A DNA stretch of 64,000 nucleotides from an uncultured Clostridia bacterium (GTDB taxonomy: Bacteria > Bacillota > Clostridia > TANB77 > CAG-508): assembly GCA_947627105.1 (NCBI GenBank), contig CANQUT010000002.1:7625-71624 (forward strand), read 5' to 3'. The notes under the pieces were generated by a model. That model was not told the origin of the DNA, searched no databases, and saw only the letters and a list, made by a program, of their open reading frames with translations. Numbering within the stretch: the stretch's first letter is position 1; every line of letters starts with the position of its first letter. Positions 52,783 to 64,000 of this stretch are shown one piece after another. Made by a program: the position numbers and the translations under genes.

Positions 52783-55482
52783 CTAAGTTATGCTAGTATT
52801 TGTATCAACTATAGTATTACCTTCAGTATTTGTTTGTGTATTATTATCTGGGTCTTCAGGCTCTGGTGGTTCTTCTTCTCCACCATCAATTGGTGGCTGT
52901 GTAGTTCCTACATTATTTACTGTAATTATAATTGTAACACCTTTATTAACTACTGTTCCTTCTTCTAAACTTTGTCTTATAACTACACCATTTTCCATGT
53001 CTGAATGTGTTTCATAAATTACTTTAATATCTAACCCAGCAAGTAATTCTATAGCTGTTTCTTCTGTAAGTCCTATTACATTTCTAATAGTAATTTGATT
53101 TGCTTCTGCTGTGTGTATATTACACTCTTCTTCAGGAACTGTATATTTTTCTTCTGCTTTTGAATTTGTAGGTTTCCAATTTGCATTTCTTTCCTTTTCA
53201 GGTTTTGTAGCATATGTTTTCTCCTCTACATCTGTACAGTATTCTGTTGCTACTTTTCCAGATTCTTTACATATTTTTAATGTAACGTGTCCATCACATG
53301 CAGTTGGAACTGTTCCTGATACGAAATATTCTGTATATGTATTTTTACATTCATTTGTTGCTAATTTTCCAGATTGTCTACAAATTTTAGCAGTTACAAT
53401 ATTACTTGGTTTTGTAAATCTTTTATTTGATAAATTTTTATGAACATCTTTCATAACATTTGCCCAAATATATATTGCATTATTTCTATCTCCAGCATAA
53501 ATACTTGTTTTTGAGTTATATCCAAATCCATACCATACTGCTGCACTATAATATGGTGTATAACCACATAGCCATTTATCAACATAACTATTGGTTGTGC
53601 CTGTTTTTGCTGCAACATCCATACCTGATATTGCACATCTACCAGCAGTACCTTCTGCGCCTGTTACAACATCTATTAAAATATCTGAAATAATAAACGC
53701 ATTTGCTTCTGAAATTACTCTTCTTGTTTCTTGTTTTGGTTCTACTACAACATTACCATTTGAATCCTCTAATTTAGTGTAAAAAGTTGGTTCTATATAT
53801 ACACCTTTATTAGCTAAAGCTGCATAAGCTGCTGCCATTTGTAATGTGCTGGATCCATTTACCGCTCCACCAATTGCTAAACTTAGGCCATCTTCACCTT
53901 TCACATAAGTAGTTAGTCCAAATTCGTGTAAATAATCTATTGCTTTATTTACACCAACATTTGATATAATTTTTAAGTTTACTATATTTGAAGATCTTTC
54001 TATAGCCTTTCTAACAGTACATAAACCATAATAGCTTCCTACATTTCCTGGTGCATACTTACCAAAGTCTGTTGGTGTGTCATCATATACTGTTGCTGCA
54101 GTAATAACTTTTTCTTCTAAACCTGAGGCAACATTTGCAAGAGGTTTAATTGATGAACCTGTTTGTCTTGTAGATGTAGCATAATTTGTGCCCATTTGTC
54201 CTAGGTCATTTTTTAAATCTCCACCTAATGCTACTACTCTTCCATTAGTATGGTCAATAATTGTCATACCAGCATTTGTTGTAATTTTTACATTTTTAGT
54301 TTTTCCATCTTTATCTTTTTCTGTTATAGTTTTAGTTGATAAATATGTATCTTTTTCTAATTCTTTAATAACTCTAGTTTGAATTGAAGTTACTTGTGTT
54401 GTATATAATTTATAGCCACCAGATGTTATCATGCCTTTTGCTGCTATATAATCAATATCTTTTTCATCTGCTAAATCTTGTGCAGCCTCACGTATTGCTT
54501 CTTCTACAAAATAAGAATAACCTCCAATTTCAATTTTGCCTTGTTTAAATTTTAAGCCTGCATCTACTTTTTTAACTGCTTCATTATATAATTTTTCTGC
54601 TTCTTCTGCATTTTCACTAATTCTATTTTGTTCTTTCATAAATCTTAGAACCAATTTTGTTCTATTTTTTATTAATTCAGAATGATCATTTTCTTTATCA
54701 TATGGGTTATACATATTTGGTGCATTATTAATACCTGCTAAAAATGCAGACTCTGCTAAGTCTAAGTCTTTTGCAGATTTTGCAAAATAATATCTTGCTC
54801 CATATTCTACACCATATAATTCATTTCCACCAACGAAAATTTGATTTAAATATTTTTCTAGAATTTGTGATTTTGTAAGCATAGTTTCAACTTGATATGC
54901 TCTTGACATTTCACGAATTTTTCTTTCTACACCAGCCATTCCAGAGTCGTCATCATCTTTCATTAAGTTTTTAACTAATTGTTGTGTAATAGTACTTCCT
55001 CCACCAACAGAAGAATCTTCTCCACGATGTAAAATATAACTTATTGTAGCATTTGCAGTTCTTAATATATCTATTCCAGAATGTTCTTCAAATCTTTTAT
55101 CTTCTATTGCTATATATGCATTTGCTGTGTATTTTCCCATTTCGTCTAAACTAATTATTTTTCTATTAGCATCTTCTGTTGAAAGTACAGCAATTAATTT
55201 TCCTTCTGAATCATATACTTCGCTATTTCCTTTTGCAATTAAATCTTCTGTAGTAATAGCCCATTTGTCACTAAAGAATATTCCAGCTACAATTCCTACT
55301 CCACCTAAGCCTGCTAGCATAACTAATAAAAATAGTGTTAAAATTACTCTTTTTAATACTTTATGTTTTTTCTTCTTTTTTCCTTTAGCTTCTGCTTCTT
55401 GATTTTTATTATATCTTCTTGTTTTTTTATTTTCTCTTAACTGATATTGCTTTGTTTTACTTGTATCTTTATTTTTTTCCAT
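52783..55482 (-). CDS. class A penicillin-binding protein (transglycosylase/transpeptidase) with C-terminal PASTA-like domain
   Basis: EDKRFEEHSGID GT51 motif and SSIKP (STxK), followed by a C-terminal Cys-containing repeat region. Confidence 0.9.
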   Translation of the reverse strand: MEKNKDTSKTKQYQLRENKKTRRYNKNQEAEAKGKKKKKHKVLKRVILTLFLLVMLAGLGGVGIVAGIFFSDKWAITTEDLIAKGNSEVYDSEGKLIAVLSTEDANRKIISLDEMGKYTANAYIAIEDKRFEEHSGIDILRTANATISYILHRGEDSSVGGGSTITQQLVKNLMKDDDDSGMAGVERKIREMSRAYQVETMLTKSQILEKYLNQIFVGGNELYGVEYGARYYFAKSAKDLDLAESAFLAGINNAPNMYNPYDKENDHSELIKNRTKLVLRFMKEQNRISENAEEAEKLYNEAVKKVDAGLKFKQGKIEIGGYSYFVEEAIREAAQDLADEKDIDYIAAKGMITSGGYKLYTTQVTSIQTRVIKELEKDTYLSTKTITEKDKDGKTKNVKITTNAGMTIIDHTNGRVVALGGDLKNDLGQMGTNYATSTRQTGSSIKPLANVASGLEEKVITAATVYDDTPTDFGKYAPGNVGSYYGLCTVRKAIERSSNIVNLKIISNVGVNKAIDYLHEFGLTTYVKGEDGLSLAIGGAVNGSSTLQMAAAYAALANKGVYIEPTFYTKLEDSNGNVVVEPKQETRRVISEANAFIISDILIDVVTGAEGTAGRCAISGMDVAAKTGTTNSYVDKWLCGYTPYYSAAVWYGFGYNSKTSIYAGDRNNAIYIWANVMKDVHKNLSNKRFTKPSNIVTAKICRQSGKLATNECKNTYTEYFVSGTVPTACDGHVTLKICKESGKVATEYCTDVEEKTYATKPEKERNANWKPTNSKAEEKYTVPEEECNIHTAEANQITIRNVIGLTEETAIELLAGLDIKVIYETHSDMENGVVIRQSLEEGTVVNKGVTIIITVNNVGTTQPPIDGGEEEPPEPEDPDNNTQTNTEGNTIVDTNTSIT

Positions 55483-55590
55483 TAGGATTTCCTCCTTGGC
55501 TAAATTTTAACACACTTATTATATAATATATTATATAAAATGGAAAGTATTTTAATAAATTTTTAATGTTTTTCGTTACTACATATAATT

Positions 55591-55708
55591 AAAGCTTGAA
55601 TAATACTAGTTTTGAAGTTTTGAAACATCCCGTTCTGACTTACTTCTTTGAATTTTTCTTGCTGCAACGGGCATTTGAAAAACAAAAAATTAGTATTATT
55701 CAAGCTTT
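55591..55708 (+). repeat. MITE-like element family 1, copy c (perfect 18-bp terminal inverted repeats aaagcttgaataatacta)
   Basis: Same core as the other copies. Track ORF 55563..55760 across it is spurious. Confidence 0.75.
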
Positions 55709-55719
55709 TAACTATAAAT

Positions 55720-56872
55720 TTATCCGAATATTCCTTTTTTTCGTACAGGAGGCTGTTCATTCATACTTTTAGCAAGCTGAGTTAAAAGTTCTCTTTGCTC
55801 TCCGAGTTAATTTTTTAGGTACTTGTACTTGTACAGTAAATATAAAATCTCCTTGGCTATTATTATTTAAATTTTTAAAACCTTTTCCACGTATTACAAA
55901 TTTGGTTCCGGCTTGAGTGCCATCTGGGATTATGTATTTTTCTTCTGTTCCATCTACCATTGGTATTTTAAGTTCGGCACCTAAAGTAGCTTGAGTAAAT
56001 GTAATTGGAATATCACAAAGTACATTATTTCCTTTTCTATAGTATAGCCTATGTGCCTTTACATGTACTAAAATATATAAATCTCCCTTTTGTCCTCCGT
56101 TTTCACCAGGCTCTCCTTCACCTCTTAATACAATAGTTTGATTATCATCTACACCTGCTGGAATTTTAACAGATAGTCTTACCTGATTACGTACTGTTCC
56201 TTTTCCTTTACAATTTTCGCATGGTTCTTTAATAACTTTACCTGTTCCATGACAGTTTGTACAAGTTCTCATTGTTTGCATTTGTCCTAAAATTGTAGTT
56301 TGAACTTGTTTTATTTGCCCTGTTCCATGACACACTGTACATGTTTCTGGATGAGTTCCTGGTTTTGCACCACTTCCATTACAATTTTTACACGTTTCTT
56401 TACGGTTTATAGTTATATATCTTTCTGTCCCTAAAAAAGATTCTTCAAAACTAATCTCTAAATCATATTGTAAATCTGAACCCTTTCTTGGACCATTTTG
56501 ACGATTGCTCCTAGAAGCACTGCCAAATCCTCCTCCAAAGAAAGATGAAAATATATCTCCTAAATCTCCAAAATCTCCAAATCCATCAAATCCTGTAGAA
56601 TATGTGTAAGTGCCATTTCCGTAAGAGCCTGCACCTCCAAAACCTTGTGGCCCATCTGGTCCAAATTGGTCATACATTTGTCTTTTTTGAGGATTAGAAA
56701 GTGTTTCATAAGCTTCATTTACTTCTTTAAATTTTGCCTCTGCTTCTGCTTTATTATCTGGATTAGCATCTGGGTGATATTGTTTTGCAAGTTTTCTATA
56801 TGCTTTTTTTAATTCATCATCAGTTGCATTTTTACTAACACCCAGAACTTCATAATAATCTCTTTTAGCCAT
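55720..56872 (-). CDS. dnaJ: molecular chaperone DnaJ; 383 aa only with a +1 shift at CGG 55804..55802
   Basis: J domain HPD, G/F region and 4x CxxCxGxG. After the shift the C-terminus reads [30 protein letters not shown]. Confidence 0.9.
55802..55804 (-). other. in-frame CGG recoding site (act CGG aga read as act c GGA gag)
   Basis: In frame with start 56872 (1068 nt). The +1 frame gives the typical DnaJ tail. Confidence 0.7.
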
Positions 56873-56896
56873 TTTGTTTCCTCCAAATTAAAATGC

Positions 56897-58834
<1,938 letters not shown>

Positions 58835-58866
58835 CCATTAATTTATATATTTTTTAAAATTAAAAT

Positions 58867-59422
58867 CTAATTAGCTACAACCACCATTGAATGGCGAATT
58901 ACTTTGTTTCCTATCATATAACCTTTTCTAAATTCTTCTTTAACTTCTTTTTCGCCTAAATTTTCATCTGTTACTAAACTTACTGCTTCATGAAGCTCTG
59001 GATCAAAAGTTTTTCCGAATAGCTTCTATTTCCTTTACACCATTTGCTTGTAAAACATCTTTAAATTGTTTTAAAACAAGCTCTACACCTTGTTTATAAC
59101 CTTCATCTTCTGTTTTACTTTCTACTGCCTTTTCTAAGTTATCTATAACTGGTAGAAAGCTAGAAACTACATCTCCCATTATAGAATTATATAGTTCTTC
59201 TCTTTCTTTGTTACTTCTTTTTTTGTAATTATCAAATTCTGCAGCAATTCTTTTTAATCTATCTTCTGTTTCTTCAAGCTTTATTTTTAATGTTTCAGAT
59301 TCTTTTTTTGCTTCTATAATATCATCTTTATTTTCTGTTTCTTTTTTAGCTTCTTTGCTTTCATCTGATGCTTTTATTTCCTCTGTGTTTTCGTTTTCTT
59401 GCTCCATTTTGTCACGCTCCAA
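58867..59422 (-). CDS. grpE: nucleotide exchange factor GrpE; 184 aa only with a +1 shift at CGG 59017..59015
   Basis: Track ORF 59003..59422 ends ...VKEIEAI-RKNF. Skipping the C gives GKTFDPELHEAVSLVTDE...GYMIGNKVIRHSMVVVAN. Confidence 0.9.
59015..59017 (-). other. in-frame CGG recoding site (att CGG aaa read as att c GGA aaa)
   Basis: The zero frame stops 4 codons later. The +1 frame is open for 50 codons and carries the conserved G..FDP..HEA motif. Confidence 0.8.
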
Positions 59423-59437
59423 TCTTATAATTTTATT

Positions 59438-60451
59438 TTATTGTCCATTTAGCTTTTTGCTAATGTATTTCATAACAGAAATTACTTTAGAATAATCCAT
59501 TCTTTTTGGACCTATAATTCCTATAGTTCCTAAATCTTTATCTTGATAGCGATGCTTAAAAGTAATAATACTAAAATCTTTTAGCTGTTCGTTTTCATTT
59601 TCATCTCCAATATACACATTTATATCTTTTGCAAAGCCAGTATTTAGCAAATCTCTTACAACTTCCTTTGTATCTATTAAATTAATAAAATTTCTTGCTA
59701 CTTCTAAACTTTTAAACTCTGGAAGTTCAAATGCTTTATTAGCTCCCTCTAAGTATAACTTAGATTCTTCATTAATAACTCTATCTAACTGTTGCATAAT
59801 TGGTTTAATTACATTTAAACTATAATTCATTTCAGAAAAAATGTACTCTTCTAATGGCTTATCTATTTCGTCTAATGGTTTGCCTTTTAATTTATTATTA
59901 AAAATAAAATTTAGTGTGTTTACCTGCTCTTCCGTAATGTCTTCGTCAAATTTAATAATAGTTTCTTTAACAATTCCTGTATCTGTAAGAATAACTGCCA
60001 TTAACATTCTAGTTCCTAGTAAAACAAATTTAACTTCTTCTATGTTTTGAAAATTTGCTCTAGGTCCTATTGATACAGAAGTATAATGTGTAACTTCTGA
60101 TAATGTACTTGTTGCAATTTGAGTTAGTTCCTCTATTTCGTTAACTTTTGTTTCTAATTTAGATTGAATGTATTTTATCTCTTGAAGACTTATGTCATCT
60201 TCTTTAATTAATTCATCTACGTAAAATCTATAGCCTTTAGCAGAAGGTACTCTACCACTTGAAGTGTGTGGCTTTTCTAAGTAGCCTATTTTTTCTAGTT
60301 CTACCATTTCATTACGAATAGTGGCGCTACTGCAACCTAGCCTATAATTTTTTTCTATAACTCCCGAACTAACAGGTTCTGCTGTGTTAATATATTCATC
60401 AATTATTGCTTGTAAAATTTTCTTTTTTCTTTCTTCTAACACATTTTTCAC
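59438..60451 (-). CDS. hrcA: heat-inducible transcription repressor HrcA
   Basis: 337 aa with a winged-helix N-terminus (EPVSSGVIEK...SSATIRNEM). First gene of the dnaK operon. Confidence 0.93.
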   Translation of the reverse strand: MKNVLEERKKKILQAIIDEYINTAEPVSSGVIEKNYRLGCSSATIRNEMVELEKIGYLEKPHTSSGRVPSAKGYRFYVDELIKEDDISLQEIKYIQSKLETKVNEIEELTQIATSTLSEVTHYTSVSIGPRANFQNIEEVKFVLLGTRMLMAVILTDTGIVKETIIKFDEDITEEQVNTLNFIFNNKLKGKPLDEIDKPLEEYIFSEMNYSLNVIKPIMQQLDRVINEESKLYLEGANKAFELPEFKSLEVARNFINLIDTKEVVRDLLNTGFAKDINVYIGDENENEQLKDFSIITFKHRYQDKDLGTIGIIGPKRMDYSKVISVMKYISKKLNGQ

Positions 60452-60480
60452 CTTCTTATTAATTTATATAGGCTTTATTT

Positions 60481-60507
60481 TTAGCACTCTTCCTTTTTGA
60501 TTGCTAA
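60481..60507 (-). promoter_or_regulatory. CIRCE operator (TTAGCAATC-N9-GAGTGCTAA)
   Basis: Inverted repeat with one mismatch to the consensus TTAGCACTC-N9-GAGTGCTAA. It lies between a TTGACA promoter (60540..60545) and the hrcA start. Confidence 0.8.
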
Positions 60508-60581
60508 ACTTTATATATATTATAACCATTTTTAGCAAATGTCAATACAGATTGCTAAAAATTGTGTGAATTTTGTGTGAC

Positions 60582-61733
60582 TTACACAAATTCTTCCCAC
60601 ACAATGTTGGCAAAATCAAGCCCTTTATTGGTTAATTTTATTGTATCTCCATCTATTTCAATTAACTCTTGATTAGTTAACTTTTCTAACTTATCATGAT
60701 ATAAATATATTGGATTTGCCACAAATTTGAGTTTAAACTCTTGAATACTAATTCCATCTAATTTTCTTAGTCCTAACAACATATATTCATTTTGCTTATC
60801 TTCTAAAGTTTGCTTTTCATGAAATATTAAGTTTTCTCTTTGCTTGTTTTCTTCTATATTTTTAATATATTGTTCAATAGAATCAATATTAGATACTCTA
60901 TAAGAATTAATATACGAATGTGCAGCCGCTCCAAAACCAATATATTCTTTTTGGTTCCAGCAATCCATATTGTGCTTAGATTCATAACCTACTTTAGCAA
61001 AATTAGATATTTCATAATGTTTATACCCATTTTGCTCTAATATTTCTTTTGCCTTCCAATACATTTTTCTTTCATCATCTTCTGAAGGAAGGCGTATTGT
61101 TCCATTTTGAACTCCTTTTTCTATTTTTGTATTTTCTTCTACAATTAGCGAATATACAGAAATATGTTCTGGCTCTAATGAAATTACTTCTTCTACTGAG
61201 CCTTCTACATCTAAAATAGTTTGCTCTGGAAGACCTATCATTAAATCTACATTAATATTTTTAAAATCAACTTCTCTTGCTAAGTGATAAGTATCTACAA
61301 ATTCATAGTAATTATGAATTCTTCCTATTGCTTGTAGCAAATGATTTTGCGTAGCTTGCAAACCTATACTTAGTCTATTTATGCCTGCTTTTTTATAATC
61401 TTCTAACTTTTCTAAAGTAGCAGTGCCAGGATTTATTTCTATAGTTATTTCTGCATTTTTATCTATTTCATAATTTTCATAAATTGCATTTAAAATTTCT
61501 GTAATATATTTGCTATTTATAAAAGATGGGGTTCCACCACCAATATATATTGTTTTTACAATGCTTGAAAAATTAAATTCTTCTTCGTTTTTCTTTTGTT
61601 TTATTTCATTTATTAAACTTTTTATATATCTTGGTACCCATTCATCTTTTTCTGCCGCTGAATAAAAATCGCAGTAATAACATTTTTGCTTGCAAAATGG
61701 AATATGCACATAAATTCCTATCTCTTTTGTCAT
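60582..61733 (-). CDS. hemW: radical SAM heme chaperone HemW (HemN-like)
   Basis: CKQKCYYCDF radical-SAM cluster and a HemN C-terminal domain. Confidence 0.88.
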   Translation of the reverse strand: MTKEIGIYVHIPFCKQKCYYCDFYSAAEKDEWVPRYIKSLINEIKQKKNEEEFNFSSIVKTIYIGGGTPSFINSKYITEILNAIYENYEIDKNAEITIEINPGTATLEKLEDYKKAGINRLSIGLQATQNHLLQAIGRIHNYYEFVDTYHLAREVDFKNINVDLMIGLPEQTILDVEGSVEEVISLEPEHISVYSLIVEENTKIEKGVQNGTIRLPSEDDERKMYWKAKEILEQNGYKHYEISNFAKVGYESKHNMDCWNQKEYIGFGAAAHSYINSYRVSNIDSIEQYIKNIEENKQRENLIFHEKQTLEDKQNEYMLLGLRKLDGISIQEFKLKFVANPIYLYHDKLEKLTNQELIEIDGDTIKLTNKGLDFANIVWEEFV

Positions 61734-61783
61734 AATATTTAAATTCGTAAAATGTATATACGAATATCTCCCTTCATTAAATT

Positions 61784-62680
61784 TTAACTATTTCTTTTTT
61801 CCTCGGCAATTTTTTGTATTGCTTTAAGTCTATGGTTTACACCTGATTTTCCAATAGGAGTTTTTAAAAGCTTCCCTAATTCTTGTAAAGATGAATCTGG
61901 ATTTTCTAGTCTTAAAACTGCTATTTCCTGTAAAGCAGTAGATAAGTGTTTAAATTCTCCAATTTCTTGTAAGTAATTAATATCTTCTATTTGTTTAACA
62001 GCAGCATTTACTGTTTTGCTTAAGTTTGCTGTTTCGCAATTTACTTTTCTATTAACATGATTTCTAATATCTCTTAAAACCCTTATATCTTCAAAACTAA
62101 GTACAGATTTATTTGCTTGAATTAATGCTAAAAAGTTTGCAATTTCATCTCCATCTTTTATATATAAGGAATAATCATTTTTCTTTTTTAATATTTTGGT
62201 AAAAATTTGATAGTTTTTCAAAATTTCTAAAACTATTTGTGCATTTTCTTTTGTTTTAAACAATATTTCTAAATGATATGTATTTTTAGGATTAGTAATC
62301 GAACCACTACCTAAAAAAGCTCCTCTTACAAATGCTTTTGTTAGCATATCATTATCATTTAGAGCTTTTTTTATTACATTCTCTTTTAAAAATATTTTAT
62401 TTTCTTTGTATTCAATTTCATCTAATTGTAGAGCAGGAATTGTAATACAAAAATTTTTGCCAACCATTTCAATTTCATAATTTGCATAGTTTAAATTACT
62501 AAGTAATTTTCCAAAACGATTAATATTGTATTCATTTTCTGTTGAAAATTTTAGTTTATTTTTTTCTATATTTACATGATTTGTAGCTACATAGCCTAAT
62601 AATTCATATTTTACTACTTCTTTATTAGCTAAATTACTTAATTTACTTATTTCTTCTTTAACTTCACTTGAAAAAGACAT
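61784..62680 (-). CDS. whiA: DNA-binding protein WhiA
   Basis: LAGLIDADG-like halves (FVRGAFLGSGS) plus the C-terminal HTH KSGVNHRLK. Confidence 0.9.
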   Translation of the reverse strand: MSFSSEVKEEISKLSNLANKEVVKYELLGYVATNHVNIEKNKLKFSTENEYNINRFGKLLSNLNYANYEIEMVGKNFCITIPALQLDEIEYKENKIFLKENVIKKALNDNDMLTKAFVRGAFLGSGSITNPKNTYHLEILFKTKENAQIVLEILKNYQIFTKILKKKNDYSLYIKDGDEIANFLALIQANKSVLSFEDIRVLRDIRNHVNRKVNCETANLSKTVNAAVKQIEDINYLQEIGEFKHLSTALQEIAVLRLENPDSSLQELGKLLKTPIGKSGVNHRLKAIQKIAEEKRNS

Positions 62681-62688
62681 TTTTTCAC

Positions 62689-63651
62689 CTACTTTTTAAA
62701 AATAAGAACTCTATCATTTCCGCCTAAATCTTTAATTGCACTTTTGGTTTCTAAAACAAGGTTTTCACTTGATTTATTACTTTTTAATTCATTCTCAAAG
62801 TTCTCTTTATATATATTAATAATTTTTTCTGCTTGATTATAGCCAATTTCTAAAATTAAATATCCATCTGGTAGCAAATATTTATACGCATTTTTTAATA
62901 TTTCTTTATAAAATTTTAAGCCATCTTCGCCTCCATCTAATGCTAGCTTTGGTTCATTTTGTACTTCTTTAGAAAGAGTTTTTATTGCATTTGTTTCTAT
63001 ATATGGAGGGTTTGATACTATATAATCAAATTGTTTTTGGCCAATATTTTCAAATAAGTTAGAAACTATAAATTCTATTCTTTCTTCTACATTATTTAAA
63101 ATAGCATTCTTTTTTGCTACTTGTATTGCCTCTTTGCTTATATCAACTAACATTACTTTAGTATTTCTAGCATATTTTGCAATAGATATTCCTATACATC
63201 CGCTTCCTGTGCATAAATCTAAAACTTGAATTTTCTTATTTTCTTTTGCTTTTTCTGTACCATAGTTTTGTATAGTTTCTTTATTTTTTAAATGTTTTAC
63301 ATCTTCACTTTTTAAATTTCTTTTTTCTATAATTTTAATTGCAGTTTCCACTAAAATTTCAGTATCTGGCTGTGGTATAAGTACATTTTCATTTACAAAA
63401 AAATTTAAGCCCATAAATTCTTGAGAATTTGTAATATATTGTAGTGGCTTTCCATTAATTATTTCTTTTAGCTTTTCTTCATATTGTTGTTTTTTTAAGT
63501 CGTCTACTTCTTCTAATTCGTTTTTTAAAAGCTCACTATCATTTTGCTTTAAAACAAACTCTAATAACATTTTGGCTTTAATATGTACATCATCTATATT
63601 AAATTTTTTTAAAGTGTTTTCGCCTAAAATAAAAAGGTCTTTTTGATTCAT
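62689..63651 (-). CDS. prmC: peptide chain release factor N5-glutamine methyltransferase
   Basis: DLCTGSGCIG SAM motif and NPPY. Confidence 0.9.
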   Translation of the reverse strand: MNQKDLFILGENTLKKFNIDDVHIKAKMLLEFVLKQNDSELLKNELEEVDDLKKQQYEEKLKEIINGKPLQYITNSQEFMGLNFFVNENVLIPQPDTEILVETAIKIIEKRNLKSEDVKHLKNKETIQNYGTEKAKENKKIQVLDLCTGSGCIGISIAKYARNTKVMLVDISKEAIQVAKKNAILNNVEERIEFIVSNLFENIGQKQFDYIVSNPPYIETNAIKTLSKEVQNEPKLALDGGEDGLKFYKEILKNAYKYLLPDGYLILEIGYNQAEKIINIYKENFENELKSNKSSENLVLETKSAIKDLGGNDRVLIFKK

Positions 63652-63721
63652 TTTTCTTTCCTTTTCTTCTTATTTATACAAAATTATATCACTCTAAAAC
63701 ACAAAGTACAATATTTTTTAA

Positions 63722-63925
63722 AAGCAAAAAAATACCCCGCCTTAGCCGTAAGGTGAATGAAATTTTAAGGACCTGCTTTCACAGGTGGGTGTCTTGTTGA
63801 ATGCTCCTGGGTTTCTTATATTATTTAATATAAGCATACACGCCACATTCAAAGGCGGACTCCCTTTTAAAATTTGTTGGTTCTAAAATTCCAGTCTACA
63901 CGCACTATGCAGGGAAAACTTTTAT
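63722..63925 (-). ncRNA. candidate ~200-nt structured RNA of unidentified class
   Basis: A local GC-rich island in AT-rich DNA. Nested helices ccgcctt/aaggcgg, tgaatg/cattca and gtggcgtgt/acacccac are visible, plus an apical hairpin cttatatt-aaat-aatataag. It ends with a T7 run on the minus strand. Confidence 0.4.
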
Positions 63926-64000
63926 TTAATTGTTAATATTATATTATCATAAACAATATTTATTTTCAAATATAATTAAAACATATTTAAATAGTTTTAA

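Noticed and set aside
55563-55760. 65-aa minus-strand ORF.
   Set aside because: It is made entirely of the family-1 repeat element plus the true (recoded) 3' end of dnaJ, so it is spurious.

Overview
This is a very AT-rich chromosomal segment from a low-GC Firmicute. It looks Clostridia-like: spoVT, whiA, split transketolase and a CIRCE/hrcA operon are present. Nearly all genes are on the minus strand. Core content:
- ftsEX, tkt (two subunits), upp plus a uracil permease, dapA/dapB, glmU, dinB, dxs, murD
- the glycolytic operon gap-pgk-tpiA-gpmI-eno
- spoVT, comFC, recD2, ftsH, cysS, pbp1A, hrcA-grpE-dnaK-dnaJ, hemW, whiA, prmC

There is one tRNA-Gln(CUG). I saw no rRNA, CRISPR array, transposase or integrase.

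Main finding: eight in-frame CGG codons in seven otherwise intact, mostly housekeeping genes (ftsE, dapA, recD2 twice, dnaJ, grpE, a C26 amidotransferase, a pilin-like FGE-domain protein). Each one breaks the reading frame. Each break is repaired exactly by skipping the C and reading GGN, which restores an invariant motif glycine. By eye, no intact ORF in the window uses CGG in frame. This points to +1 recoding or quadruplet decoding of CGG-N as Gly. The alternative is a very peculiar systematic sequence artefact.

Other observations:
- a candidate phase-variable pilin-like surface protein
- a type I toxin-antitoxin-like small ORF/antisense RNA module beside a tRNA-Gln-linked islet carrying two unknown ORFs
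- three families of short intergenic repeats, one with clear stem covariation
- a murL-like/murD gene pair
- a candidate ~200 nt structured RNA upstream of prmC

All coordinates were derived by hand and could be off by a few nt for non-CDS features.
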